Below, piece by piece: positions 35,371-36,874 of a DNA stretch of 36,874 bases; the stretch's first letter is position 1, and the number at the start of each line of letters is the position of its first letter. Under the pieces are notes generated by a model, which searched no databases, was not told where the DNA came from, and was given only the letters and a program-made list of their open reading frames with translations. The translations under genes and the position numbers were made by a program. Source of the stretch: a virus (Duplodnaviria; Caudoviricetes); IMG/VR virus record IMGVR_UViG_3300017747_003602, positions 1-36,874 of that record; one strand, given 5' to 3'.

Positions 35371-36162
35371 CTAATGAGCAGCAATCGAGGTAAGTGTTGG
35401 CCTGGCAGACTCCCAATTGAACACCAGCAAGCGTCCGCCATTTTCGCAAAGACGATCTACGCCTTGCGGTGTGACATACGCGCTAAGCTCGTCTAAGCTC
35501 ACGTTTGATGCCAAAATTGTTGCCTTGTTTTGCTGATAGCGTGCATCAATTATTTCGAGCAGTAAGTGCTTTTCCGCTTGTGACCCGTGCTGCCTGCCCA
35601 CCTCGTCCAGGATTAAAAGGTCTGGTTTTACAAGCTGCTGGATTGCTTGATCCGTGGTAATCGTGGCCGCTTGTGAGTAGGTGCTTTTAATGAGCCTCAT
35701 TGCTTGGCTTGTGCTCATGTAAAGCGCAGTTTGCCTTAACTCCACCATGATGTAGTTTGCAATCGCGCAAGCTAAATGCGTCTTACCAGTGCCCCAAGAG
35801 CCAACCAAAATTAAGCTTCTGCCAGTGTCGCGATGTGCTAAAAAGTTTTCTGCATAATCCTTGCAAACGTTATAAATTCTGCGCTGTTCAGGGCTTTTTA
35901 TCTCGTAATGATCAAAACCCTTGCCTGTGTATTTGGGCGGGATTGCAGCGCGTCCGATTGCCGCTTTTAGCTCAGCATTGCGGGCGGCAAAGGCTAGCTC
36001 CTGCTGCTTTTTTTGCTTGCGCTCCTTGTCCTGTTGGTCAAACTCAGAGCGGCATAAATCGCAGATTTCAGAGCCATACCAGCTGCCGTTTAGCAGGTGA
36101 TGCGTTAGCTTACGCTCGCCGTGTTTGTCGCAGTTTACAACGATTTGCTTAGTTTCTGGCAT
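35371..36162 (-). CDS. DnaC/IstB-like AAA+ helicase loader
   Basis: CDKHG..CDLC zinc motif, Walker A GSWGTGKT, Walker B LLILDEVG, IIDARY..TILASN; ATG at 36162 preferred. Confidence 0.9.
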   Translation of the reverse strand: MPETKQIVVNCDKHGERKLTHHLLNGSWYGSEICDLCRSEFDQQDKERKQKKQQELAFAARNAELKAAIGRAAIPPKYTGKGFDHYEIKSPEQRRIYNVCKDYAENFLAHRDTGRSLILVGSWGTGKTHLACAIANYIMVELRQTALYMSTSQAMRLIKSTYSQAATITTDQAIQQLVKPDLLILDEVGRQHGSQAEKHLLLEIIDARYQQNKATILASNVSLDELSAYVTPQGVDRLCENGGRLLVFNWESARPTLTSIAAH

Positions 36163-36865
36163 TGCTACCCCCAACAACTAAACCCTTCCAACTGCCCACG
36201 TAGTCTATGTTTTGGCGGTTTGCGTAAGGATCTGGCAACTTGTTTTGCGTGTAGCTGCGCGCACCAGAGTCGCGCTCTGCCTTGCTTTGCCTAATCGCCG
36301 CGTCAAAATACCTAAAACCTTTAATTTCCCCCGCTTTTTTGAGCGCGCAAAGTCGCTCTACGGTCGGGATGATGTCAAGCGCTGCGCTACAGCCGTCCAA
36401 AAGCCAGTCGGTTATCAACATCGAGTTGGCGGTCATCAGATTTGGGGCAAGGTCGATAATCGTTTTAAAAACTTTTGCCCTTTCATCGCCTATCTCGTCC
36501 AAAGATTTTTCCCCCTCGCGCGGAGTAGTATTACTATTACTAATTATAGTATTACTTACTTCTTTCTTAGTAATAGTATTATTACTATTACTACTCTCAT
36601 TCGTTACTGTAACGTTACATAAGGATTCAAGATCAATATTTTGAAAGCCCTCGTCTAGTTGTAACAATCCAGTCTTTAAGCCGCTTTCAGCCCCCCTTTT
36701 CTTCTCCCTATGTCTTCTTACACGCTTCGCAGAATCGAGAGAATTTGGAAAAAATTTTGAAAAATTTTCTAAAAAAATCTGAAAATTTTCTGAAATTTTT
36801 ATCATCCCCCTACCCTTAAGTAACGTTACAATGGCGTTACATGTCTTGGCAGTTCTGCCTGTCAT
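36149..36865 (-). CDS. Phage replication initiator/replisome organizer (probably 5'-truncated by the window edge)
   Basis: SAKRVRRHREKK and CNVTVT motifs, low-complexity linker, C-terminal FRYFDAAI; upstream of the DnaC-like gene. Confidence 0.7.
   Translation of the reverse strand: MTGRTAKTCNAIVTLLKGRGMIKISENFQIFLENFSKFFPNSLDSAKRVRRHREKKRGAESGLKTGLLQLDEGFQNIDLESLCNVTVTNESSNSNNTITKKEVSNTIISNSNTTPREGEKSLDEIGDERAKVFKTIIDLAPNLMTANSMLITDWLLDGCSAALDIIPTVERLCALKKAGEIKGFRYFDAAIRQSKAERDSGARSYTQNKLPDPYANRQNIDYVGSWKGLVVGGSNARN
36523..36619. repeat. AT-rich direct and inverted repeats inside the initiator gene (candidate origin)
   Basis: TATTACTATTACTA twice (36529, 36580), TAGTATTA three times, GAGTAGTA/TACTACTC inverted pair, palindrome TGTAACGTTACA. 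Confidence 0.55.
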
Positions 36866-36874
36866 AGTTGCAAG

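Noticed and set aside
1-36874. Prophage status, terminal repeats, tRNA genes or alternative genetic code
   Set aside because: No integrase, host genes or matching ends are visible; no tRNA was recognised; genes are intact under the standard code. A repressor region may lie outside the window, so lifestyle is undetermined.

Overview
Most of the genome of a ~37-kb tailed dsDNA phage with a podovirus (Bordetella BPP-1-like) virion module and lambdoid-style replication/recombination genes. The window holds no RNA polymerase, DNA polymerase, integrase or reverse transcriptase. Layout: (i) 1-7535 (+): RecE-like exonuclease, Bet recombinase, two paralogous 7-aa-repeat proteins, membrane proteins, holin, M15 endolysin and RusA. 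(ii) 7537-29866 (-): terminase, portal, scaffold, major capsid, tail tubular proteins, ejection proteins and two tail fibres. (iii) 30370-34917 (+): an array of about 12 small unknown early genes, most behind a shared A/C-rich leader, with a duplicated promoter. (iv) 35371-36865 (-): replication initiator and DnaC-like loader. The best leads are non-coding. First, two solitary type I-E CRISPR-repeat-like units (31651-31676 + and 35110-35135 -, 23/26 identical) occur with no cas genes or array and are candidate RNA anti-CRISPRs or Cas6-responsive elements. Second, a promoter-proximal structured RNA at about 5212-5279 has a loop that is the exact antisense of the CTAACAACAA leader motif found in front of several early genes, so it may be a multi-target phage sRNA or switch upstream of the lysis genes. 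All product calls come from motif recognition and gene order, not database searches.
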